From: Neodothiora populina
Taxonomy: Eukaryota
Reading direction: 5' to 3'
Assembly: GCF_041146345.1 (NCBI RefSeq)
Contig: NW_027191409.1
Coordinates: 1,674,001 to 1,738,000, forward strand
DNA: 64,000 nucleotides
In this document: piece after piece, positions 11,928 through 24,540 of the stretch
Position numbering within the stretch: position 1 is the stretch's first letter
Layout: each line of letters opens with the position of its first letter
The notes under the pieces: model-generated
The model's database searches: none
What the model was told of the DNA's origin: nothing
What the model saw: the letters and a program-made list of their open reading frames with translations, nothing else
Made by a program: the position numbers and the translations under genes

Positions 11928-13988
11928 TCAGGGGGTTTCACGAGAGAGAGTGGTGTCCAGCGTGACCTTCATCGGAGACATGCCGGTGACGTCGGATGAG
12001 CTCCTCTGAGACCTTCTCATCGGCGTGAGCAGGAATGCGCCCTCCTCAGCAGCCGAGTGAGACGCCTCGGTATGCGATGTTGCTGGTCTTTGTAGGTCTT
12101 GTGGAAACATGGCCCCGGCGGTTGGGGCACTGCTTCCAGACGAGGAAATGGCTCTTTCGTTGGATTGAGCCAGCAAGAAACCTTCGTTATCCCGGATGAA
12201 TTGCGGGTAAGGGTGTTGTAAGTAATCGTATTCCGCCTTGAGGTATTCGTTCTCCGTCAGGCACCCCGCCCAACACTGTCGCCATTCTCCAACCAAGGTG
12301 TAGAAGATGCGACCATCTAGCTTCAACGACTGGTTGAAGCATCGGTAGAGATTGTCCAGAGTCATCTTGTTCTTCGACTCGTATGAAAGCAGCAAGCTCA
12401 AGTGACATGTTATCGCGAAGAGAAGATAATAGTTGAAGGGGGCGAGTTGTTGTAGCTCGTCCCGTAACATCTGCGTGACAGCACCTCGCTCTGGCAGTTC
12501 TCGAGGGAGCTGTGAGGTTATGCGCTCTTGTGCATCCTTGGGGAATACGTCTTCAGGAAGCTCCCGGATCCACTCTTTGAAAAGGGAAGCGATGATGCTG
12601 GCGTCGTACAGCTCGGATTCGTCCAGCAGATTGACGTCCAGCTCTGGATATTGAGTCAGCAGGAGTCAAGTCATCGAGCTCTGATATTCTCCTTACCCGT
12701 ATCGAAACGTTTCCGCCATTCCTTGACTTTGGTAAGTCCACCGGACACACGGTAGAGGCCTTCTTCCTCGCACTTGCCATTGAGGTAGCTAACTCATGTC
12801 AATTGTGATTACAGGCAATATGATTTGTGACACTCACTCGATACAGCGCCACGGCAAGGCAGGCATCCAAAACTCGGTCTTATCCTTGCATTGATCGTAT
12901 GACTTTGCTATCCGCGTTATGCGAGTTTGCTGAATCAGTGGTAGCGTGAGGACGCCGGGGGTGTGGTCGATGATTGGGGTGACGGGTTTCTCAGTGCTGC
13001 CACTGCGGGAGAATTTGCTGAAAAGTCCTTTGCCTGCCTTGCCAATGCCAATGGCCGCGTTGGACGATGTGTTGCGAAACTCGTTGAAGAAAGTAGAAGT
13101 GTTGTGTTGACGGAGCGACGAGGACAGGGGGTGACCTTGTCGGACGCTTGCCTGCTTGTCCTTGATCTCCTTCTTGTCCTTTTCCTTTTCCTTCTTCGAT
13201 TTTGACTTCTTGAGCAAGTCCTCGTCGGTCATTGTGGTCAAGCGATCTTCGGATCTGGCACGGGCCTGGTGTCCATTGACTTTCTTGCTGGAGCTCTTTT
13301 TTGATTTCGAGAGCTCATCTTCGGCACGAACAGACTTGGACCTGGACAGCATCTGCAGGCGTTTCTTGTTGGGCTTTTTGTTCTCGACAAGCGGTGCAGA
13401 CTTGGGTCCGGGCGTGGGTTGTTGAGGTGGGTGGTTGAGGGTTGCCGTCGAAGGGGAACGCAAGCTGTTCTGCGATACGGAGGTGGAAACTTTGGACAAA
13501 GGAGCTTCTGAGAGTGTCAGTGTTATGCCTAGCTTGGTCGACAGACACAAAAAATCACCTTCTCCTGATCTTCTGCCATCCTGACTGGGGCTATCGCTCT
13601 CCGTGGGCGACGAGGCATTTGTAGCACGAGTGTTGGCAGGGAATGAAGGCCACATGGACGTCGGCCGAGCGCTGCCTTGGTCAGAGGACTTCGCCATCGG
13701 GAAGGTTGCTGAGCTGTCGTCCCTGGGGCGCCCAGACGGTGAGGTGCCGCGGGAGCCAAAAAAAGACTTGGAGGCATCCCGTTCGCGGTCGCCGTCATTG
13801 GGCGACGATGGCAGTTGCGTCGATGAACCTGCAGTGCCGACCCGGATGTCCCTCACGTCCAGAGACGAGATGTCAATGTCGATGCTGTGCAGCGAGTTGG
13901 AGGTGGTGGCCGTTTGTGGTGCATGTTGGTGATTATGGGGGTCCTTGGGTGCAGAGCCAGCGACCAGACCCGGCACCTGCTGTGCCAT
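11928..13988 (-). CDS. Rho GTPase-activating protein (C-terminal RhoGAP domain); two introns near 12838-12789 and 12697-12644
   Basis: Spliced: FWMPALPWRCID|YLNGKCEEEGLYRVSG (arginine finger)..RFDT|ELDVNLL..IASLFKEWIRELPE..LAPFNYYLL..HL..NKMTLDNL. Confidence 0.88.
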
Positions 13989-14157
13989 GTCGGCGGACGG
14001 CAAGAAGGTCTGATGTGGGTTGGAAGGGGACACGAGAACCGTTGACCTGTGCTATCGGCGCATAAGGGCGACTAAGGCACCGAGCAGTCAATAAGAAGTC
14101 ACTGGTAGATTCGAGAGGAGACAGAGGGAAGGCAAAGACGCGTCGTATTGTTGCTGT

Positions 14158-14239
14158 GCAGTGTAGAGCAGTGTAGAGCAGTGTAGAGCAGTGTAGAGCA
14201 GAGTAGAGCAGAGCAGAGCAGAGCAGAGCAGAGCAGAGC
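14158..14239. repeat. Compound microsatellite: (GTGTAGAGCA)4 grading into (GAGCA)n
   Basis: Directly visible; lies inside the putative 5'UTR intron of the RhoGAP gene. Confidence 0.9.
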
Positions 14240-15264
14240 GAGGCAGATAAGGTAGATAGCTGAGGCGAGCAGAGCAGATTGGGACAAGGTAACGCAGGTA
14301 AAATTGAGTTGAAACAAGCAAGGGACGGTGATAGACAGTCTTAGAGCGACGAGGGAGGAGGGCACTCACGAAATTACGACCACGATCGCAATTGGTTTCC
14401 CGTCAGTGTATACTGTCAATCTCTCAATCTCTCCAACCGACTTGTGCTTGTTCAGCACCGTCGGCAGCCTGCCTGGGTTGTCTGGGAGCTTGGACGAGAT
14501 TGTGCGGATCAATGTGGACTGCGCTCGTATAAGACACGGTGGATCAGCTTGTAGCGGTCGACCACCTTAAGGTACAGGAGGTATGTACATACAAGTACCG
14601 TACAAGTACTTTTTGTAAGCGTTCAGGGGTTTCTGGGGGTGTGAGGGGGGCACAGGGCTTCGTCGACGACTGCAATTGTGGAACTCGACAGCAATCATCA
14701 GTTTACTGACTCGGGCTAGTTCGTATCTAGAGTTGTGGCGGTATGGAAGGATGATGAACGCAGATTTCAGAACACAAGTGGAGTATAGCCTTGCTGTTGC
14801 TCTACCTTACTCACTTGTACACAATTAACAAGATTAAGGTACCTCAATAAATCGAGTCCATCGTACTTGTACCGTAGGTGACTTAGCACTAGCATTTACC
14901 TGAGCTCTCGGCGACGACTGTATGAATAGAATATGCCAAGCTTTCCTCTTGAACTCTCAGAAAAGCCCTCGGGATCGGACTACCGTGAACCGCTCAGGGT
15001 CTGCGCGGGCCCTGGCTCCGTCCGAGTTTCATGGTCGCAGCTCTGGCCAGTCTAACCGGATGAGGCACTTGTACGCTGCAAGGGTCCTAAAGCTTGGCAC
15101 CCCGTCACTGTGTATCTGTGCCTGTATATCATATATCAAGTAACATATAGCATCTCATCTCTGCTAGGTACCTTTCGCTACATACAGTAATTCTCATTGA
15201 CATCGACAGTCATAGACGACAAGAAGACGCCACATCACTCTCCGAATATATCCCTTTGCCGATC

Positions 15265-16558
15265 ATGTCGCTTGTCGCCGGCCCCGGTCGAGGCGGCTTC
15301 CAACAACTTCCCGCCGACTTGCAACTTTGCGCCCAGAAACATGTCGACTACATCAAAACTTTGGACACTGTGCGAGGACAACATAAGCCGGCTGTTCTGC
15401 TCGCAGCTATTTGAGAGCAGCCGCTGACGAATGGCTAGCGCAAAGATGAACTAGACTATTGGCTCACCGAACATTTGCGCCTGAACGGAATCTACTGGGG
15501 CCTGACTGCATTAAACCTCTTGGGCCAACCCGACGCCCTTCCGAGAGATGGTTTACTGGACTTTATCTTCTCTTGCCTACATGAAAACGGAGGATTTGGA
15601 GCTGCACCTGGTCATGATCCGCACATGCTCTACACGGTCAGCGCTGTACAGGTACTAGTAACACTCGACGCCTTCGATGATCTAGAAGAAAGAAGACCCG
15701 GGGGCAAGGAACACATCGGCCGGTGTACGCACTATCCTCGACAGTACCCAAGAGTCATGAACTAATTCGCTGTAGTCATTGCCAGTCTTCAGAACACCGA
15801 AACAGGAACCTTTGCTGGAGACGAGTGGGGAGAGACCGACACACGTTTCCTTTACGGCGCTTTCAACGCACTATCCCTGCTCGGTTTACTACAACTGGTG
15901 GACGTTGACAAAGCGGTCGACCATGTCATTTCCTGTGCCAACTTCGACGGCGGCTTCGGTACTGGTCCGGGGGCAGAGTCGCACGCCGGGCAGGTCTTCA
16001 CATGCGTCGGAACCCTCTCTATAGCTAACAAACTGAATCTGATAAATATCGACAGCGTGGCCGGTTGGCTCAGCGAGAGACAGCTTCCCAACGGTGGTCT
16101 CAATGGACGGCCTGAAAAGATGGAAGATGTCTGCTACAGCTGGTGGGTGGTCAGCAGTCTGGCAATGATCGGGCGACTACACTGGATAGATGGGAGCAAG
16201 CTCATGGAGTTCATACTGAAGTCACAGGTGCGCCACTAAAACTTCTTCAGCGCGTGGTGTGTTACTGACCTTCTAGCAGGACCCCGAGTTTGGCGGTATC
16301 TCCGATCGCCCGGGTGACATGGTGGACGTCTTTCACACCCATTTCGGCATTGCTGGTCTAAGTCTGGTGAAATGCCCGGGACTTGAGGAGATAGACCCCA
16401 CATAGTGAGTGGTTTGAGGTGTCACCTTTGGATCGCGCGCTAATACTATGACAAGCTGTATGCCCAAGAAGGTCGTGGATCGTGTGTTGGCACGATTATC
16501 CGACTTTGACAGAAGTTCCTGCAGTGGCGGACAGCCCCTGAAAAAGCGACAGCGTTGA
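15265..16558 (+). CDS. BET2: Rab geranylgeranyltransferase (type II) beta subunit; 5 exons
   Basis: KHVDYI..|[92 protein letters not shown]. Confidence 0.95.
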
Positions 16559-17688
16559 GAACCAGGCTGCAGATCTGCTGACGGTGTGAAAAACAATACA
16601 AGTCAGCTACCACAGAACTCTCTCCGAACATTGGTTGTCGATGCGACATAACAGTTTCTATGTTTGTTGCTCATTAGTACCATCATGACGGATGACCCTA
16701 TTTGAACACAAATGAGAAAGTGCACCTACCAGAAGCGAATTGTTTCCTTGCTTTCAGGACAATTGGTGGACATTGCAAGATAGGTGCATCTGCAGATGGC
16801 AGCACTTTGAGTAGCAAAAGTAAGGCGCGATAAGCAGCACCCGAGACAGCAAAGAGGGAGAGGAAGATTCTACAGGGATGAAACTATCGAAGTGTCAACA
16901 ATCTTCAAACAAAGGCGCTAAAGTGTCCAGACTACGAGTGGGTAGCAGGTCTATGTACAGACCCTATAATACCTTTTTCTCTCCATGCAAAAACAATCGC
17001 AAAGCTTGCGAAGAGTAAAATCATCTACATTCACGCATTTCTCAATAGCAGTGTGCTATCAAAGATACACTCCTTGATTGCGACCAAGGATGAGTCGCAG
17101 ATCAACGAAACTCAGATGGATGAGCGAGTTGAATGGGATCTACGAAATCCGGAACACGTCTGCTATCTCAACACAACATCGCCGCGGCGATGAGAGGAAG
17201 AAGAGACATCGCCACGGCGATTAGAGCAAGACGACCAAAACAACGAAAAGCACAAGCCGTCGAACGAAAACGAGCGTGTATATAAGCCGAACATCTGGGC
17301 ACTTCAAGCTGGCTGTACTTCAGCTCTTCACAGAGGTCGTCGAGGGCTGATTTGACTCCTTCCGTCTTTACTGCGCCTGCCAATATTCGCTTTCGATTCA
17401 TCCACTTCTCATCCAGCAACAGCAAGCCTCGGTCGCTCTTGTGTCAAGACGAAAGTCAAGTCAAAACATTCAATTCGACGACAATTCGTCAGACACAAAA
17501 CAATCACTTGTTTACTTTTCCCTTTTCTCGACCTTCCGTGCCTACTACTTCCCTCTCATCATCATTGCTTGTGTCGTAACCTCGGTGTCACGTCCTGCCT
17601 TCTATTTCTCAATTCAGGCAAGCGATAGTCACGGCCTGCACCTTGATCACCGTCGATTAATCCGCACACTTTGCAACAGTCTCCAGCC

Positions 17689-19248
17689 ATGAACGCAATG
17701 CATATGGGTCAGGCATTCCTGCCAGACGCCATCCCATTGCATTGCCACATCTGTCCCGAAAAACCCGATTTCAGCGATGTTTCTCATCTGCTCACCCATA
17801 TCGCCAGCAAGGGTCATCTTTCGACTTACTACAAAATCAAAGTCAAGGCGTCCAGCGAGGAGGCGTTTCGTCAGCTCATCCGAGACTACGACACTTGGTA
17901 TGCTCAATGGCACATCGAGGATCTCATGTCGAACCGGTTGAGCCAAAAGGAGAAGCGTAACGCCAAGTTGCGCAGTGCAAGCAATTCCATGCCTGGTAAG
18001 TTGACATTGAGTATCCCTAATTCTCGACCGTATTGACGTGTTGTGACAGCACCTACGACCCACTACCAGATGCAGCCAGCCTACGCACTTTTCCCCGGCG
18101 GATCCCAGCATGAACATGCAGTCGATCCACGTCTCGCCCTCCACCCGATGGTCAAGACCGAGGCGCTGCCCCGTGGTGCAACATCCATGAATACGTCGTA
18201 TGCCGACTCAACAAACACCCAGGGTCACCAGCATTCCTACACCAATGCCATGCCGCTTTGGCACCCTGCCCCTTATATGTTTGTCCCTGCAGCATCGGAG
18301 GGCCAGGTTGAAACTTCCAGCGAGGCCTCGTTTGTGCCCGGACTTGGACCAAACATGGTTCCTTTCCAACAGGCTCAGAGTCAATCCATTGGTGAAAGCG
18401 ATGAGCAAGGCGAGGAGAACAAGGGTCAAAGCAAGATTAAGGGAGTTGTGTGGCCTGGCATGGATATGTTTGACGCGGCACCCCTCGAGCAGAGGCGCAA
18501 GAGAAACCAGAAGAAGGACACCTCAGTCGTGAAGCAACTCGAGGCTGCATCCAAGACGATTGAAGCCATTGAGAACATCTACAGCGCCGACGGCACCCTC
18601 TGCAGGTCTCGCCCGATCCCAGCCCTGCCAGATGACGGCGACAGCCCGCTTCCCGGAGAGGAAACGCCTCCCCGTATCAAGAAAGCAAAAGGAGCCCCTC
18701 GGAAGAAGGCCTTGGATCGCGACGAAGCCCAGGCCGATCGGACCGCGGCTACCAGGCACCAGCGCAGAGGCCGGGCTAGACGGGCGGCTGTCACAGACAG
18801 TCATCAGCCTTCACAAGACACGGTGGGCGGCGTTGGCGGCGTCGTTGACGGGGGCACCGACAGGGGCACCGACAGGCGACAGATGGGGGCACAAACAGCC
18901 CGCACCGAGGCTACCTTTGACAGTCCCGCCACAATGGCCACTCTGACTTCTGGGTTCTGTCCACCAGCGCCGCCTGATCAAGGGAGTGACACCAGACTTC
19001 CTCTGCTTGCCAACTATGGGTCTAACGATGCAGCTTACTTTGCACCCCAGACATTCTACCCATGCCAGGGATTCTATGCCAACACCTTTGGGCTTGACCA
19101 GCAAGCCCTGCCATCGTGGGACCTGTATGCTCACGACAGCACCGGTCCCGGAATCGTCAACCCTCTGTACCTCGGTATGCAGCAGGGAGGCAACGTTGGC
19201 GGAAGTGATGACCAGCAGACGGTGTCGATTCCAAGCTCTGAGCAGTGA
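17689..19248 (+). CDS. Uncharacterised Pezizomycotina protein with an N-terminal C2H2/U1-type zinc finger; intron 17996-18049
   Basis: CHICP..FSDVSHLLTHIASKGH finger, plus a KIKGVVWPGMDMFD..RRKRNQKKD block that I recognise from fungal hypothetical proteins. Frames join across GTAAGT..ACAG. Confidence 0.75.
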
Positions 19249-20199
19249 GCTGCATTGCTCGAGGTCCTTTCACCAATGAGGATAGGCAGTATCTACTAGT
19301 GCATACCGCCGTCTCGATTGCGGCCAAGGGGATCTCGCTGCTCGAAGTGCCCGTCATGATGCTTGCCATAGTGGACCTTTTTACTTGCTTCTATCACCAA
19401 TGGCTTATGGTTATGACGACGATGAATTGTACGATAGGAGACGACAGACGAAACATGCGACAGGGGATATGGGAGATGATGGGGAAAAACAATGCAGGCA
19501 GCAGAATTCAGGTGTTTGTTCTGCTGGTCAAGGAACAGACGACGGACATGATCTTGTTTCTTTACAGACACAAAAGAAGGGAGGGCATATACTTGACTTT
19601 TGCCTTTACTCTACCTAGCATGAAATTCTATCCAGAGAGGATATAATACCGATTCGGGAAGTTTGCTCAGGAGATTGATGTGACGTTATACAAAGGGGAT
19701 GGGATAACAGGAGTTTGGGGATGAAAGATGACTTGTACAGTACATAGCCATCACTGTAGCTGGACGACCTTTGCGATCCAATGTATGATAATAGAAATGC
19801 TGTCACGCTGAGACGCCGAGACCAGCGCCGAGACTCGAGTTTCTGACGATCATATGTTCAAAGCTGTAGTGCGAGGCTTGGTGTGAGCATGTGAAAATGT
19901 AGTGTAGACTTGGGAAAATGTGTGGTTTCAGAGTATGAGATGCAGTATATGATTGAGATGTATGATATATAAGGTATGAAAGAGGCGTCCGTGTGGCTGT
20001 GGAGAGGTTGTGGAGAAGGCTTCCTTCGGGGGCTTTAACCCGTTCTGGCCATTTGACGGGACGCCAGTATGCCAAGGACGGAGATATAATTCTCATGTCC
20101 GCGATTGGCTTTACTGTGTTAAAGAAAAAAGAAGAATCATCTACTTTGTAGTGACGATTGATTTTTTTATCTCATTTTCCGGTGATATCCATCATCGTC

Positions 20200-21750
20200 A
20201 TGGCTACCGTTGTGCCACCAGCGTCGAAACGCCAGAAGACGGCAGCCTCAGCGCGCGCCCGAGAGCAGATTCTGCCAGAGCAAGTGCCGCAGGGAATACA
20301 ACGCATTCAGTTCACGGATGCAGACACTGGCGAAGCACAAGGACCCGTCACAGCAATTCCCCTGTCTGATCTGAGTCCCAAGAATCTTTCTCTCCTTCTC
20401 AATACTCTGTTAGGACGTGAAGATCCCGGAGAGCGACTACCCTATCGGTTCTACAATCCTCTGGGCGATGGCGACTTTGACCAGCAGGCCATCATCTCTG
20501 CCTTTTTATCTGGGGACTCGACCACTGAAGTACAACTGAATATCCCGTGTCGTGCAGAGGCTGTGTTTAGAGTAAAGGCCGTGACGCGGTGCTCGGCCAG
20601 TATCAGCGGACATGGCGAGTCCATCCTCGCAACTCAGTTCTCACCCTCGACATCATCGCGTCTGGCGACTGGAAGCGGAGACAAGACGGCGCGCATCTGG
20701 GACTGCGACACGGGAACCCCCTTACACACTCTCGGTGGACACACTGGCTGGGTGCTGGCCGTCAGCTTTTCCCCCAATGGCCAGATCCTCGCCACAGGCA
20801 GCATGGACAACACAGTGCGATTATGGGATCCTGCCACCGGCAAGCAGCTCGGCGGCCCTCTGAAAGGACACACAAAGTGGGTGACGTCTCTTTCGTGGGA
20901 GCCCTATCACATGCAACAGAGTGGACGACCGCGTCTGGCGTCGGCGTCAAAAGACGGCACAGTCAGGATCTGGGACTGCACGAACAAGCGAGCAGACGGC
21001 GCCCTGACCGGCCACAAAGGCTGCGTCTCGTGCGTCAAGTGGGGCGGCACAGGACATATATACACGGCGAGCCACGACAAGACAATCAAAGTCTGGGACG
21101 CCGACACGCAACGCCTGATCCACACTCTCTCCGCGCACGCACACTGGGTCAACCATCTGGCGCTATCGACCGACTTCGCCCTGCGCACCGCATACCACGA
21201 CCACACGGGCAAGAAGGGCGTGCCGGAAACCGAAGACGAGAAGCGCGCCAAAGCAAAAGAGCGCTTCGAAACAGCCGCAGGAGTCAACACCCACAATAAC
21301 GAAGGCAAGCTCGTCGAGCGCCTCGTCTCCGCCAGCGACGACTGCACAATCTACCTGTGGAACCCGGCGCAGTCGACGAAACCCATCACGAGGCTGCTCG
21401 GCCATCAGAAACAGGTCAACCACGTGACTTTCTCGCCCGACGGGCTACTGCTCGCCTCGGCGGGCTTCGACAACTTGATCAAGCTGTGGAACGCCGCCGA
21501 CGGAACCTTTATCTCAACTCTCAAAGGTCACGTCGGCCCCGTGTATCAAGTCGCATTCAGCGCCGACAGTCGTCTTCTAGTCAGTGGAAGCAAGGACACG
21601 ACGCTCAAGGTCTGGGACGTCAAGACGGGGAAGCTGAAGGAGGATCTGCCGGGCCACAAGGATCAGGTGTTTGCTGTTGACTGGAGTCCTGATGGCGATC
21701 GTGTGGGCTCTGGAGGCCAGGATAAGCAGGTTCGCATCTGGTGTCATTAG
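20200..21750 (+). CDS. RSA4: Ribosome assembly protein 4 / Notchless homolog (NLE domain + WD40)
   Basis: MATVVPPASKRQK, AVFRVKAVTRCS..ISGHG, multiple GH..WD repeats, HAHWVNHLALSTDF, DLPGHKDQVFAVDWSPDG. Confidence 0.96.
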   Translation: MATVVPPASKRQKTAASARAREQILPEQVPQGIQRIQFTDADTGEAQGPVTAIPLSDLSPKNLSLLLNTLLGREDPGERLPYRFYNPLGDGDFDQQAIISAFLSGDSTTEVQLNIPCRAEAVFRVKAVTRCSASISGHGESILATQFSPSTSSRLATGSGDKTARIWDCDTGTPLHTLGGHTGWVLAVSFSPNGQILATGSMDNTVRLWDPATGKQLGGPLKGHTKWVTSLSWEPYHMQQSGRPRLASASKDGTVRIWDCTNKRADGALTGHKGCVSCVKWGGTGHIYTASHDKTIKVWDADTQRLIHTLSAHAHWVNHLALSTDFALRTAYHDHTGKKGVPETEDEKRAKAKERFETAAGVNTHNNEGKLVERLVSASDDCTIYLWNPAQSTKPITRLLGHQKQVNHVTFSPDGLLLASAGFDNLIKLWNAADGTFISTLKGHVGPVYQVAFSADSRLLVSGSKDTTLKVWDVKTGKLKEDLPGHKDQVFAVDWSPDGDRVGSGGQDKQVRIWCH

Positions 21751-22512
21751 AGTCTTTAGTCCCGATCAAGATTTATGTGTTCCGGTTCTCGAGGCGAGTG
21801 GATTTTCTTCTGCTTTTTTGATGAAAATCTTGTCGTATCAAATTCTAGGCATTAGACTTGACGTTGTTCGATCCAGTGGTTTCGCAATATTGTCCATATC
21901 TCCCTCCATCCCTATTGCAGCGACTCTCTCCCGCCCTTTTCCCTCTTTGTACATTGAACCATCATATTACATCGCATTACGCCTCATCAGACTTGACACT
22001 CTCTGATCAACAGGCTCTACAATATTCCTCGACCAGGTAAGGTAATTATTCATCTTTGCTTTCCCCGCCCTGTCACAGTAATGGTATTCCCCACCTTCAA
22101 GGCGAGTGGGTTGTCTCACATCCTTTTTTCCATTTATCGAACAGACCTTGGTTCATCACATGTTCACAGTCTTTTTAAACTTTACGTTGTCTAACAGGGA
22201 TCGCTGCGTTCTCTGATCCCCTGTGTCGCTTTCTATATTCCTTGCACTCTTGTCCTTGTTGTGGATTTGGCCCCCTCCCACTTACACCTCTTACCCCGCT
22301 GTTTCTATCACTTTGGACGCAAGTTTCAATCCCCTCTCCCATGTCATAGTGGACTTTGGTAAAGTGGTCAATGCTGCAAATCAAGGTGGGTTTTCCCATT
22401 CCATTTCACGAGCGTCTGAGAACCGTCTTGCGACACCACCTCCAACACCCACCTTGCCTCGCCGTACCACATACACGTCGTTCCATCCCTCCACGCCGCA
22501 TAGACACCACAT

Positions 22513-24540
22513 CTACGTCGTATAAACGAAATCTGGCCTCTTGTCCCCCAACATCTTGACTTCAGCCTCGTCGAGTCCCTCAACCCACGCGTCCCTCTTG
22601 CCCTCCGCCCTCTTCTTGTTCTCCGCCTGCAGCGCGAAATGCGTCGCGACGCTGCCGCCGAAGAGGAACAGCGTCATGTACGCTAGCACTACCGCGTGCC
22701 CGACGTAGTACTGCGGCTTGTCCTTTGCGCGGTATATGTTGCTGGAAACCACGCCGTTCAAATTTCCCCAGCCAATCACGAAGCCGATAGTCACGCCGCG
22801 CTTGTACGAGCCTTCGACGTTGTTTGCGGCCCATGATATTGTGTTGGAGACGCAGGGGTAGATTCCTGGGAAAAAGGTGTCAGTGGAGGGACTCGAAGTC
22901 GGGATTTGTGGGGTGTGGGGGAGAGTTAGGAAACACTCAAGGTAAAATTTGCGGGGTGAGGGAGTGTGGTCTCACCTAGTGCTCCGAGAAAAGTTCCAGC
23001 TACAGACGATAAAGGTCAGCAAATCGTCAGAAACAACAAAAGCACCAGCAAAGCATACCGTATTTGACTCCAGGCTGCTGTGATCCGAGCAACATACTAA
23101 ACCCGGCCATTCCGAGAAGACTGGTGAAGATGTTACACATGCCTCTCTTCTTGGTCCTGTCTGCGATCCAGCCGACGACAACCGTCAAGACAGCGGCGGC
23201 AGCATAAGGTGGCACCGACAATAAGTTGGCCGTCGTGCTCGAGTATCCCAGCTGGCCAATAATGGTGGGAAGAAACAAAGAAAACGCATAGAGCGCTCCA
23301 TCACATCCCATATAGATGATTGCGAAAGCAAACGTCTTCCAGTCGAGCACACTTTCCCAGAAGTATTTCATCTTGAACTCCTCGTGGTCGGCGGACGCTT
23401 GGCCGTCTTCTCTCAAACGCGCCAGCACTCGCTGTTTGTCTTCTTCGTTGAGGAAAGTGGCTTGGTCGGGGAAGTCCTGGACCATCCAGTACGAAACTAC
23501 TCCTACCACTACTGTTGCCAGACCCTGTTTTGTCATAGTCAGAAATACTCACCCCAAGAGCGATTGATGTGTAGACTCACTTCTAAGATGAAGATCCATG
23601 CCCAACCGGGCTTTCCTCCTACACCCCTCATCTGTGCAATACCTGCTGCGAGCAAGCCACCGAAACTTCCTGCGAGAGCTGCAGCGGAGAAGAAAACTGG
23701 GTCCCATGTCAACTCGGGTTGTTTAGATCATCATCAGACAGTGTGTCTCACTAGCTGCGCGAATACCCAACTCAGATCGTTTGTACCTGAGAAAGTCAGC
23801 ATATGCATAAGGTTCATGTTAGCTGGAGATCTACGCACCAGCAGCTCAAGTAATAGTTGACGCCAGGAAAAAGACCGGCCTTTATGATATAAAGTCAGCA
23901 TCAATACGAGAAAGGCTTGCGATCATGGTAGCTGTCATACCTCTGCCATGCCCAAGAACCATCTTGCAGTGGCGAGACCAGCAAAATTATGAACCAGACC
24001 CAAGCAAACACTGCATATCCCCCAAATGATCATGATCAAAGGCAGGAAAATACTCGGCCGAAGCCTCTTCAGTAACACATTTGTCAATGGTTCGAACACC
24101 GAATAAGAAACGAAGAAGATCGACAGTGAAGCGGTATACTGTCCATCCGTCAAATTCAAGTCCTCGACCAGACCATCGATCTTTGCGTTGCCGATGTTTG
24201 TTCTATACTCACAATCGTCAGAGGCTAGTACAACAAGATCATATTGCCATTTGACTTACCGGTCGAGGAAACTGATGAGATAGAGAAAACAGAGCTGTGA
24301 CCCGTTAGAGGCTTGTCAACTCCACCGTCTTGGTCAATACATACCCAAGGAATTAGCTTGAGATCAAGCTTGCGTAAAAGCTTCTTGTCCTAAATCAACG
24401 TGTGAGCCTCAACTTCTGGAGATACCAAGGCTTGGTTCACATACTATTGCGGCTCTCTCCTCATCTGAAAGTCCAGCATCTGGATGATTGAAGTCAACGT
24501 CTTCATAGTGAGAAGCCTTGAGCTTCGATTCCACATCCAT
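22513..24540 (-). CDS. MFS transporter of the anion:cation symporter (allantoate/nicotinate, Dal5/Tna1-like) family; more than 10 exons including micro-exons
   Basis: Spliced: DKKLLRKLDLKLIPW|LCFLYLISFLDR|TNIGNAKIDG, FEPLTN, RWFLGMAE|AGLFPG..W|YKRSELGIR, WAWIFILE|G, LLSVPPY, WAANNVEGSYKRG, N..R..GKRD..LGDKRPDFVYT. Confidence 0.92.
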
